Assembly: GCF_004010195.1 (NCBI RefSeq)
Contig: NC_057751.1
Location: forward strand, 4,142,961 to 4,206,960
Length of the DNA stretch: 64,000 nt
Direction: 5' to 3'
Origin: Chiloscyllium plagiosum
Taxonomy: Eukaryota
Positions 52,512-63,266 of this stretch are shown in pieces; position 1 is the stretch's first letter, and the number at the start of each line of letters is the position of its first letter. Both the position numbers and the translations under genes were made by a program. The notes under the pieces are model-generated. The model was not told where the DNA came from. It worked only from the letters and a program-made list of their open reading frames with translations, and ran no database searches.

Positions 52512-52854
52512 GGGATTATTTGGGGATTGATGCAGGGCCCTGGGGAAAGAGTGCGTCAGTGAGATTATTCAGGGATTGATACAGAGCAATGGGGAAAGAG
52601 TGGGTCAGTGAGATTATTCAGGGATTGATACAGGGCTATGGGGTGAGGGTGGGTCAATGAGATTATTTGGGGATTGATACAGGGCTCTAGGGTGAGAGGG
52701 GAGCAGTGAGCTTATTCAGGGATTGATACAGGGCAATGGGGAAAGAGTGGGGCAGTGAGCTTATTCAGGGATTGATACAGGGCTATTGGGTGAGAGTGGG
52801 GCTGTGAGATTATTCAGGGATTGATACAGGGTTATGGAATGAGAGTGGGCCTGT
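52512..52854 (+). repeat. 49-bp minisatellite, 7 units
   Basis: Units start at 52512, 52561, 52610, 52659, 52708, 52757, 52806; consensus ~GAGATTATTCAGGGATTGATACAGGGCTATGGGGWRAGAGTGGGGCAGT. Confidence 0.92.
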
Positions 52855-54532
52855 GGTCTTAGTTTGAGACGGATACAGGGCTATGGGAGAGTTGGGTTGT
52901 GAAGTCAGTGATGATGTGAGGCAGAAGGGGACAAGGAAGGGAGTGAAATAGGGAACTGAAAAGGCAATGGGACGGAGAGCAGTGCATGAGGAGAGAAGGT
53001 AGGCCAAATGCAGGGAACTGTTTTCAAGATCTCACATCAGAAAAGCAGTAATTTTCACAATGAAGTTTAGTGGGAGGAACATTTCTGAAGAATAAAAATA
53101 ATTTGCCTGTTGAAAACACCTTTAGTGCAGTGAAACATTCCAAGTCGAATTTCAAGCAAGCAGAATCTCCAGCGAAGAGCTCTTATGTCTCTCTTTCACC
53201 CTCTGCCCAGACTCTTCCCAAGTGCAATATACTTTCACTCAAATTCCCTGTTTCACTCGAATTAAGACCTGTCTGGCAAACAACACTGTCTGCAATTGTT
53301 ACACAGCAGTATGAAGCACCTGTCTCAGTGTAGTCCCTCACCTTGAGCCCTGGCCAAGCCAACAGGTCCTCTACAATTCCATTGAGAAGGACAAGGGCAG
53401 CAGATACACAGGAACACCACCCCCTGCAAGTTCCCCTCCGAGCCCCTCACCATCCTGACTTGGAAATACATCGGTGTTCCTTCAGTGTCACTGGGTCAGA
53501 ATCCTGAAACTCCCTCCCTGAGGGCATTGTGGGTCAACCCACAGCAGATGGACTGCAGCGGTTCAAGAAGGCAGCTCACCACTGCCTTTTCAAGGGCATC
53601 TCAGGACGGGAAGTAAATGCTGGGCTCAGTCAGTGATGCCCGTATCCCAGAAATGAATAAAAAAATGCCCTGAGGGACACGCACACGTCTTTGCAACACC
53701 TACATGTGTATTTCACAATGGAGCAAGTGCAGTGAAAGTTGCAGGACCGCGTGTGATGCTTCTGAGCAGCTTCAGGAAGTGAAATTTCACACCGGGTCAT
53801 ATCAATGAGGAGGCTTTTCAGTTCAGTGCAGTCAAGTTGCAGAGTGCAGCTTCATTTAATTCCCATCTCAACCTCCCCCCACCTTCGTCAACGTCAGGAA
53901 CAGGCTCTGAGGACTTTGTGCCCTTGATAGTGGCTCACATCCCAGTTGTACCTGGGGCACAAACGTGTACTCCTGAGATTCCCAGCTGGGTGGGAGCCTA
54001 TATTGCTGCTAATTGGCCAGTGCACCTAAGCATTCTGGATTAGTGGTGCTGGAAGAGCACAGCAGTTCAGGCAGCATCCAAGATGCTTCCCCTCAGCACG
54101 CATGCATGGGCAGAGACATAGCTGGGAAATGGGAGCATTGTCTCTCTGCAGGATACACTGAATGACTGAGAACAAGGAACATTGATCCCTTCTTAGTGGT
54201 CCTTTACTTGACAGCAGTTCATTATCTCCCATGCTCTGAGGTGTCTGATGCAAGTTAACTGATGTGTTAGACCCCAGGACAGTGTTGTAATTTGATGATG
54301 GGGAAGGGACTTCTCCCCTCAGTCTCCTGGGCAATAGTTACCTTTCAAGCTGAAGAATGAGAACACGTGATTATGTAATTATCACTTTGCTGATTGAGGG
54401 AACTTGCAGTGCACAAATTGAGCTGCACTGTCCGAACTTTACAACAGTGGCCACATTTCAATCACTCTTTCATTGATTGGGAATGCTTTGGGCCCACTGA
54501 GGCTGTGGAAGGTCCTGGTCTGCATTTCTCCT

Positions 54533-54858
54533 GCACACACTCACACACAATAAACACATTCTCTCTCACAGACACACATACAATCTCTCCCTCACACACA
54601 CACACACACACATGCACACACTCAAAGAAACACACACAAGCAAAACACACACACTCTCATAGACACACACTAACATACTCTCCCACACACACACACATGC
54701 ATAATCTCTCTCTCTCTCACAGATACATATTCATACTCTCACCCCATAAACACATACACACGCACAGTCTTTCTCACACACACATCGTCAAACTCTCTCA
54801 CACAGACACATACACAGACAGAGTTTGTCTCTCAGATACACACACCTACACATACAGT
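54533..54858. repeat. Degenerate (CA)n/(CT)n tract
   Basis: Direct inspection. Confidence 0.9.
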
Positions 54859-57377
54859 GAGACTGAATATATTGCTCTCTGCTGTCCCACTGGAAGACTG
54901 GCCTTGACATATTCATGGGAATAGCTGCCTTGCTGTTTTTTTTGAGGGGTGGAGGGTGGGGGTGGTATTCGATTTGGTCACGTTTGTGGGATTCCCGATA
55001 GATATCCTGGTGTGCCCAGCTAAGTAAACGTTCTGTCAGAGAGAACCAGACAGACAGAGGGAGGGAAAGAGCCTGTGACCTCTCACACGTCCCCCTTTAC
55101 ACTGACCCTTGGGCCAAGTGGCTGGAGCAGTATTTGACCTGACCATCAGGAATATATCACCAGCTACTTCAGCTCAGCAGGGTGTGGGGACAGAGTGTAA
55201 GCTCACTCCTACTCAGGGGGTCCCCTGTTAAACTACACAAGATGCAATGTTCCTCTCAGACAGAGGAACACTGCTCCTGAAAATCTTTTTGGTGTTTCCT
55301 GTAACGCTGGGGGAAAGGGTGCCAGGCTGTGTCTCAGAGGAACAGAATGAGAAGCCTCGAGACAGTTGGGACAGAATCCTTGAAATCCGTGCTGGAGTGG
55401 TGTTTTCAAATGTTTGTTTAAAAGGACAGGCAAAGTGGTTTTGGGAATGACTCCCAGACTGTGAGACCTTGCTGATTAAAGACACAGACTTTCTCAATTA
55501 ATTAATTCATTCAAGGGATGGGGCCAGCGCTGGCTGAGCCAACATTTATTGTCCATCTCTATTCAGTTGGAGGGAATGGAGGTGATGATGTCTCTGTTCA
55601 ACTGTGGCCCTCGTCCTCCTGGCCAGGGGAGGTGGCAGGTTTTGGAAGATGCTTTCACAGTTGGTGTATTGTGCACAGTTCTGAGGGCCATGCTGCAGGA
55701 GGGGAGTGAACACATTGGAGAGAGTGCAGTACAGATTCACAAGGACAATTCCAGGGATGAGATGCTTCAGTCAGGAGGAAAGATTGCTGAAGGAAGGACT
55801 GCTTTCCCCACACGGAGAAGGCTGAGAGTAGATTTAAGAGGAATTTTTGAAATCATGCGGGCTTCGAACAAACTGGACAGGGAGAAACTGTTGCTGCTGA
55901 TTAACTGAGAACCAGAGGGAAACATGTTTCACGTTCTTTGCAAAAAAAGCAAATGCAAAATGGGAAAAAACATTTTCACTTCGTCAGGATCTGGAATGCA
56001 CTGTCTGGATATAGGTTCAGTTGGGGCATTTGAGTTGGAAATAATCGGCAGGGTAACAGAGGAAACGTAGGAGATTGGCACACAGTTACAATGCCCATTG
56101 GTCAGGCAATGGGCTGAATGGCCTCCTTCTGCACCAGAACCATTCCCTGGATCTGACACAGAAAGTCAGCAAGTGACGGACAAGAGGCTGGATTCAGAGA
56201 TGGAAAGTGGGCAAAGCAAACAGGGAAGGTCATGTGTTTTAATACTTGCACATTTCTCATTACATATCAAACCAATGAAATATTTTTTCTTGTCACTGAT
56301 GCAATGTAAATCTGCAAGTTAAGGCACTGGATGAGGGAGCATGTCAGAGGTGAATGTGAGTCATTGAACTGTCTGCTCCCAGTGCCTGGGATTGGCTGTG
56401 AACAACTGAGATTTGAATGAGCTGAAATTTACAGGGTGGGAGGTGGGAGATCCACCAACAGCCATCGACTACTTGGACCCTGGAGGTGACAAACACACAG
56501 AGCAGGGTATCAAGAGCAAGAAAAACCTGCTGTGCATCTTAATTTCCGAAAGTCGCTTGAATCCCACTGCAGCTCAGAGCTCTGGATGTGCCTTGGTGTT
56601 GTGGGGCTCATGGGTTTAATTGCCACGATGGCAGCTGATGGAATGTAAAGCGAGTCTCGGTGATGAAGAAAAAACACCTTTGACCACAAGTCCATCAGGA
56701 AGTGGTCAGCACGTAGTGTCCTTGAGACCCTTCGGGAAAAGGAGAGGGTGGATCCTATCGAGCGGTTCCCTGAGCAGACTGTCAAAGCCATTTGGCAGAA
56801 TGCCTCATCGCCAGAACTTCCCAACAAGCACCAAGACATGGCTTGGCTGGTGGTGAGAAGGGCACTGCCTGTGAGATCCTTCAGTCTGGGCCACCTCGAA
56901 GTGGCTGCAGTGGGGCGGGTTCAGACTGTAACACATCTCCTTCTGGAATGTTCCTTTGTAAAGGAAGTCTGGAGGAAGATGCAGTCGGGGTTCATCCTGA
57001 GCAGCTCCATGACACGGGGCTCTGTGCTTGACTCTGGGCAGAACCCAACTGCTTTTGTGACTGTGTACATTGAAAGATATTTTTATAAATACACTATATT
57101 TTTTAAAGTTAAAACATAAATCAACCAATTGCAGCTCAGCTGAACTGACGACCCTCCCACAATCACAATCCAGGATGATCTCAAGATCCTCTGATGATGC
57201 AGCGTCTCAGCTCAGTCCCGTCCTGGGAGACCCACCTTCTGGATCAGGGAATCACCCTGTGCCAGGCGATTTTCTTTCTCCACTGCACCTTGGCAGCAGC
57301 TGCCCTGAGCTGTAGTGCGTCCCTCAGCACGTAGTCCTGGACCTTGGAATGTGCCAGTCTGCAACACTCAGTCAGGG

Positions 57378-57403
57378 NNNNNNNNNNNNNNNNNNNNNNN
57401 NNN
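57378..57403. other. Assembly gap (26 N)
   Basis: Run of N. Confidence 1.
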
Positions 57404-57868
57404 TTCAACTCCCCCTCCCACTCCACAAAGGATATGCAGATCTTTGGATTCCTCCATCGCCAGACCACAACAAAATGATGGTTGGAGGAAGAGCGCCTCA
57501 TCTTCTGCCTAGGAACCCTCCAACCACAAGGCAGGAACGCGGGTTTCACCAGTTTCCTCATTTCCCCTCCCCCCACCTTGTCTCAGTCAAATCCATCGAA
57601 TTCAGCACCGCCTTCCTAACCTGCAATCTTCTTCCTGACCTCTCCGACCCCACCCCAGTCTGACCTATCACCCTCACCTTGACCTCTTTCCACCTATCAC
57701 ATTTCCGACGCCCCTTCCCCAAGTCCCTCCTCCCTACCTTTTATCTTAGCCTGCTGGACCAACTTTCCTCATTCCTGAAGAAGGGCTCATGCCCGAAACG
57801 TCGACTCTCCTGTACCCTGGATGCTGCCTGACCTGCTGCGCTTTTCCAGCCACACAGTTTCAGCTCTG
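57404..57868 (+). mobile_element. Penelope-like element 3' end: GIY-YIG C-terminus, UTR and hammerhead motif
   Basis: Degenerate FNSPSHSTKDMQ...LEEERLIFCLGTLQPQG, near-identical to the copy at 43081, followed by CTGAAGA-A-GGGC-TCAT-GCCC-GAAA-CGTC at 57775-57802. Confidence 0.82.
57775..57802 (+). ncRNA. Minimal hammerhead ribozyme core (PLE family A)
   Basis: CTGAAGA, extra A, stem II GGGC/GCCC, GAAA, palindromic ACGT, putative GUC cleavage triplet. Stem I is very short. Confidence 0.62.
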
Positions 57869-58574
57869 TGTAACGTCTGCCTGCCTAACGAAGAACAGGG
57901 GGCCCGCGCAGTCATTTGGGCTCTGCTGACGCCTCAGCTAAAAATGTAATCGTTCAGACCTGTAAATAGGAATGATTACTCTGTGTTCGGTATGAAAACA
58001 AATGGAATGTTTACATATGTATGGCATGTCCAGTTGTATAGATCATCAAAGTATTTTATGAATAAAGTATATTTTGAAATAAAATAAAAAGAGTCTCAGT
58101 GATGGTTCCTTTGTAACCGCTGTCAATTGCTGTAAAAACCCAGGAGGAAGGAAAGCTGCCACCTCTATTGTGCCTGTAACTCCACACCAATAGCAATGTG
58201 GTTGACTCTTCCCTTCCCTCAGCATTCAGTTCAAGGTGATTAGGGATATACATATCTATATTCCCCTGAAAGAATGTTGAATATCTTCACCTCCATCCAT
58301 GTTCTCACCCGGTGGGAAGTGTGGCTCGATTCCGAGCTCCTCACTAACCTATTGGTACCCTGACTGCTGCCAGCCTTGCACAAGAGATGCACCCACCTAC
58401 GAACTCCCTCGGTCTGGCTCTACTCATTGTCACTATTGAAACCTCGGGTACAATGAAGCTGCCAGTTATGCATCGGCTGATGCCAATTTATTGGGCACTT
58501 TAGCTGAGAGAGAGATGAGAGAGCTGTCATTCACCTGTGGCATCTGAACATAATATTCCTGAATCACACACTTG

Positions 58575-58835
58575 ATGTGTGCGAATGAGTGTACGCACAG
58601 TGTGTTTGTGTATGTTTGTGAGAGTGTGTCAGTGAAGGAGTTTGTGATTCAGAGTGTGTTTGTGAATGAAAGTGTGTCTATGCCAGAGAGAGTGTGAGAG
58701 AAAGAGAGAGAGTGTGAGTGCGTGTGTGTACACGAGTGTATGGTTGATAAGTGTCTGTTGGTGAGTGTTGTGGGTGAGGAGTCTGTATGTGTGTGAATGA
58801 GTGCAGTTCAGCATGTTTATGAGTGCCTGTGTATT
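58575..58835. repeat. Degenerate (TG)n/(GA)n tract
   Basis: Direct inspection. Confidence 0.85.
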
Positions 58836-59546
58836 TGAGGAGGAAATATTCAGTTAGAATGGCTTTGCAATTCAATCATTGCAGATGTCCATGCACTTGT
58901 GATAACAGGAGCAAACGCACAGAGATAGCAGGAATCTCCTGCATTTCTAAGAGAAGGTGAGTCACATAAATGTTCCTCCTATTACAGAGACAAACACTGG
59001 GTGGGAGTGAGAGCTCCAGTTGCTTTCTTTTTAGCATTGATCTCTATGCCATGGTGAAGTGAGAATGCAGGCAGAGGTTGTGTCAGATCATTTCCACCAG
59101 TGTTAAAATCCAGCCCAAACACAACAGCACTTCAACGGAGCTGTGTACAAACTAACAGGTGACACCCCCATCACACAAGGGGTGGAAGTAATCAAGGAAC
59201 TCAAAAGTAATTTGATGTGCTCAGAATGATGCAGTGCGGGAAGAGGCCACTCTGTCCATCGTGCCTGTTCAAGCTCCCTCATCAAGCTATCCAATTCAAT
59301 CCCACCATAGCCCTGCAAACCTTCCCCAGGCCCACGTGAGCCGAGCCACCTGCCTCTCTGGGATGTCTACACTGATACAGAACAAAGGTAGAGGGGCATT
59401 GGGACAAAGGTGCAGTCTACAAACTCAACACTGGAATGGGTTTGAGGGGCTGAAGTACAATTCGCCACTTCAAGATCTACACCATCTTCTGTTTCATTGT
59501 GGGGCAGCAGTCTATTCACCGCAGTCAAAAATAGTTTAAAGTCACA

Positions 59547-59552
59547 TTTATT
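59547..59552 (-). terminator. Probable Nodal polyadenylation signal
   Basis: AATAAA on the minus strand ~100 nt after the stop, in AT-rich context, followed by T-rich sequence. Confidence 0.55.
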
Positions 59553-59651
59553 TTGCATTCATAGAAAAATATATCACTTTATATTCTGTATATGGAATTT
59601 ACACTTTTTTACATGGGAAAACATCGGAGGGTTTGTATCGTGAGGCTCAGG

Positions 59652-59804
59652 TCAGTGACACCCACACTCCTCCACAATCATGTCCATGTGATGACTCAAA
59701 ACCACATCCCAATTCTTGTAGTATAACATGGAGAGAGGGCTCATCTTAACTGGCACACAGGACGTGCAGGGAACACGTTCTGGGTGGAAGGATTTCAGCA
59801 AACT
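59652..59804 (-). CDS. NODAL: Nodal, last coding exon
   Basis: ttttgcag|AGT acceptor (phase 0); [50 protein letters not shown]; completes a seven-cysteine TGF-beta domain. Confidence 0.96.
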   Translation of the reverse strand, partial: SLLKSFHPERVPCTSCVPVKMSPLSMLYYKNWDVVLSHHMDMIVEECGCH

Positions 59805-60221
59805 CTGCAAAAACAGATAGAGAGAGAGGTCAGGACAAGTTAACTTCTGCAGCGAGGGCAGTGAGAACATGACTTGTATGAATAAATAGAGGCAATAAAT
59901 GTCCTTCCGATGGAGAGATTTAGGATTTATGATAATTGGCAAGAACATCAGAAAGATGTTGAAAAGGTGTCTGGAGGACAATGAGGAGTTGGCACTGCGT
60001 CTTCCGGAGAGGCTGGTGGGATTTGATGGAATGCAACTTTCCAAAAAGGACCAGACAAAAATTTGAGATGGGTGAAGGCTTCGGTGAAAGATCAGGCTTA
60101 ACTGAATAGCTCTTGGAAAGAGACAACACTGGTGGGATGGGCCAAATGGCCTCCCATCATTTTCCATAATGGACAGATGGTGAGGAATTAGACTTCAAAC
60201 AGCAGAATGGGATGTGTCAGT

Positions 60222-62890
60222 TAGCAGATAGGAAGGCAAATGCAATGTTGGCATTCATTTCACGAGGGCTCGAATACAAGAGTAGGAATGTACTGCTGAG
60301 TCTGTGCAAAGCTCTGGTCAGACCATATTTGGAATATTGTGATCAATCTACAACCCTATATCTAAAGGAGGATGTGCTGGCGTTGGATGGAGATCCAGAG
60401 GAGCTTTAGAACAATGCTCCTGGGGGTGAAGGGCTCGTCATTCGAGGTTATAGATTCTGGGTCTGCACTCAATGGAACTTTGAAAGATGAGGGGGCTCTT
60501 ACTGAAAGGATGGAGAGAGGCCTGGATAGAGTGGACGTGGTGGAGAGGTTTCCATCAGTAGCCGAGTGGAGGGCCTGAGGGCATAGCCTCAGAGCAAACA
60601 GGTGAGCCTTTAGAACAGAGATGAGGGGGAATTTCTTCAGCCACAGGGTGGTCAATCTGTGGAACTCACTGCCTCAGAGGGTTGTGGAGGCCAGGTCACT
60701 GAGTGTATCTAGGACAGAGATAGACAGGTTCCTGGTGAGTAAGGGGATCAAGTGTTACAGGGAGAAGGCAGGAGAATGAAGTTGGAAAAACATGTCAGCT
60801 GTGATAGAATGGTGGAGCAGACCCGATGGGCAGAAGAGCCTCACTCTGCTCCTGTATCTTACAGTCTATATGACTAGATGGTCCAGGAGCTTGTTGGACA
60901 AGATGTTTTGAGATTTCCCGAAGGAAGGGTGAAGGGGTATGGATGGTGGGGCTGGGGGGGTGATTCAAGAATGGAAGCACTCAGACTGGCCAACCCTGTG
61001 AGGTGGTCCAAACAGTCCCAGGGTCAGTGTAAGGTCCAAGGTTTGCAAGAAAACCCCGAGGCAGGCAGTGTGAGGATCAGAGCATGAGGAAGGATTAGAG
61101 GGCCACAGGGGATGGTTGAAAAGGATTGTGTCGAGCCATGAAGGAATTTCCAATGTCCCAGGGGACAAAAGGGCCAGTGGTCAACCAACAAGCAGCACTT
61201 TGTGTGGGGCAAGGTTCAAGATGGGCCTTTTGAGAACTGATGGAGGACGCAGGTTTGGAGAGTAGACATGAGTGTTGGAGCAGCCTCATCTTGTGGCAAG
61301 TAGAGCTTTAAGCAAGGAGGATTGATGATGACAGGTGCTGACACTGTCGGGAGTGAAGGCGGCAGGTGTTTCTGTGGAGGTTAGAATTTGACTTGGAATT
61401 AAAGGCATCAAGGGATACAGGAAGAAAAACAGGAATATAGCTTTGAGATAGAGGATCAGCTGTGGTCAAAATATGTTCTTTATTATCCTTGTCCTTCATT
61501 GTGAGAGGGATGGAGTTTAAAAACAGGGAGTTTATGCTGCAGCTCAGAAAGGTGCTGGTGTGGCCACACCTGGAGTACAGTGTACAGTTTTGGTCTCCTT
61601 CCTTGAGAAAGAATGTACTGGCACTGGAGGGTCTGTCAGGGAAGTTCACTAGATTGATTCCAGAGTTGTGAGGGTTATCTTATGAGGAGAGACTGAGGAG
61701 ACCAGGACTATGCTTACTGAAATTTAGAGGAATGAGAGGGGAACTCACAGAAATGTATAAAATGGTGAAGGGGATAGAGGAGACAGAAGCAGGGAGGTTG
61801 TTTCCACTGGGGGGTGTAACTGGAACGAGGGGCAGAGCCTCAAACTAAGGGGGAGCAGATTTAGGACTGAGTTGAGGCGAAACTTCTTCATCCAAAGGGT
61901 TGTGAATCTGTGGAATTCCCTGACCAGAGAAGCAGCTGAGGCTACCCCGTTGAATGTTTTTAAGGTAAAAATAGACAGATTTTTGAACAGTCATGGAATT
62001 AAGGGTCATGGTGAGCGGGTGGGTAAGTGGAGCTGAGTCCATGAAAAGGCCAGCCATGATCTTATTGAATGGCAGAGCAGGCTGGATAGGCCAGGTGGAC
62101 TACTCCTGCTCCTAGTTCTTGTATTCTTCTATTAAATGGTGTTGCAGGCTCACACAGCTGAATTGCCCTCCTCCTGCTGTGTTTCTCTAATGCCATTCAT
62201 TCATTGTCATTGGGTTAACATACAGGATCTCCCTCCTGTGGGTTTGTGGATGGTCCTGCATGCCAATGGACTGCAGTGGTTCAGGAAGGCAGCTCAACAC
62301 CACCTTCTCAAGGGCAGTTAGGGATGGGCAATAAATACTGCCCAGCCAGCAGCACCCACATCTTGTGTCAGAACAGCAAAGAACACTGGGAACGTGATCT
62401 GAAATTGCAGCCAGTTCGACACAGAGAGAGAGAGAGAGACACAGACAGACAGACAGACAGAGACACACACAGACAGAGACAGAGAGAGAAGAGAAGGGTT
62501 TCAAGAGAGCAATGGATCACATTTGTCCAGAGCACGAGAGAATGGAGACATTGTCCTTTAAGGCAAGGTCTTTTCCCTGGGGTGGGGGGAGTCCATAACT
62601 GGAGGGCATAGGTTTAGAGTGAGAGGGGAAAGACATAAAAGAGACCTAAGGGGCAACTTTTTCCACACAGAGGGTGGTATGTGTATGGAATAAGCTGCCA
62701 GAGGAAGTGGTGGAGGCTGGTGCAATGACAACATTTAAAAGGCATCTGGATGGGGACATGAGTAGGAAGGGTTTCGAGGGATCTGGGCCAAGGGCTGGCA
62801 AATGGGACTAGATTAATTTAGGATTTCTGGTCAGGATGGATGGAGTTAAACCGAAGGTTCTGTTTCCGTGCGGTACATCTCTATGATTTT
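60222..62890 (+). mobile_element. Cluster of CR1 LINE 3' fragments in the last Nodal intron (about 60222-60870, 61490-62130, 62560-62890)
   Basis: KANAMLAFISRGLEYKS...LVRPYLEYC and LVWPHLEYSVQFWSP, with CR1 tails; all antisense to Nodal. Confidence 0.85.
62419..62495. repeat. (GA)n/(GACA)n microsatellite
   Basis: Direct inspection. Confidence 0.9.
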
Positions 62891-63266
62891 AAGTACAGTA
62901 GATAGATTATTTGGGGCATATTCACTGTGAACACAGTAAACGTACTGCATCAAACTATTGAGAGATGGAGAGCAGGGGAAGTACGATACAGGAAGAGAGG
63001 CTTTACTTCACAAAGTTTCTGAGTGATAATTATTCCTGACATTTGGGAAGTGTTAACCCCGTGATAACCATTCCTGTTGTATCATTGATGAGATAAATGG
63101 ATAAAAGCATTCATTTTAACTCTGGCTGTCCCAGCGATGAGAGCCTGACACTGTCCATTTCACATTGTTAACTCAAAGTCACAAATCCCCCTGTAAACAC
63201 ACTCTCTGTTGGGTTATTCTGGCTGAGATGCTCTCTCAGGGCAAGGTGGCGTTTCATCATTCTCAC

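Larger units (their letters stand above)
56640..58090. mobile_element. Rearranged Tx1/L1-clade LINE 3' pieces interrupted by a gap and a PLE
   Basis: IWQNASSPELPNKHQDMAWLVVRRALPVRSF...TVTHLLLECSFVKEVW (CCHC region, +), an inverted ORF end at 57255-57377 (-), and AATAAA/A-rich tail at 58061-58090. Confidence 0.7.

Noticed and set aside
52512..52854. Regularly spaced repeat resembling a CRISPR array
   Set aside because: Units are head-to-tail copies without unique spacers, there are no cas genes, and the context is vertebrate.
54394..54924. 176-aa His/Thr-rich ORF
   Set aside because: Translation of a (CA)n tract.
51447..58836. FoxH1-like TGT(G/T)(G/T)ATT sites (~51448, ~53706, ~58828)
   Set aside because: Isolated hits at about chance frequency; the known paired-FoxH1 asymmetric enhancer lies in intron 1, outside this window.
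38100..59500. A second, tandem Nodal copy or other gene between EIF4EBP1 and Nodal
   Set aside because: No TGF-beta-like or other conserved peptide seen in the ORF track or by eye; small exons could have been missed.
59530..59651. miR-430/427/302 seed site in the Nodal 3' UTR
   Set aside because: No GCACTT in the mRNA-sense sequence between the stop and the first AATAAA.
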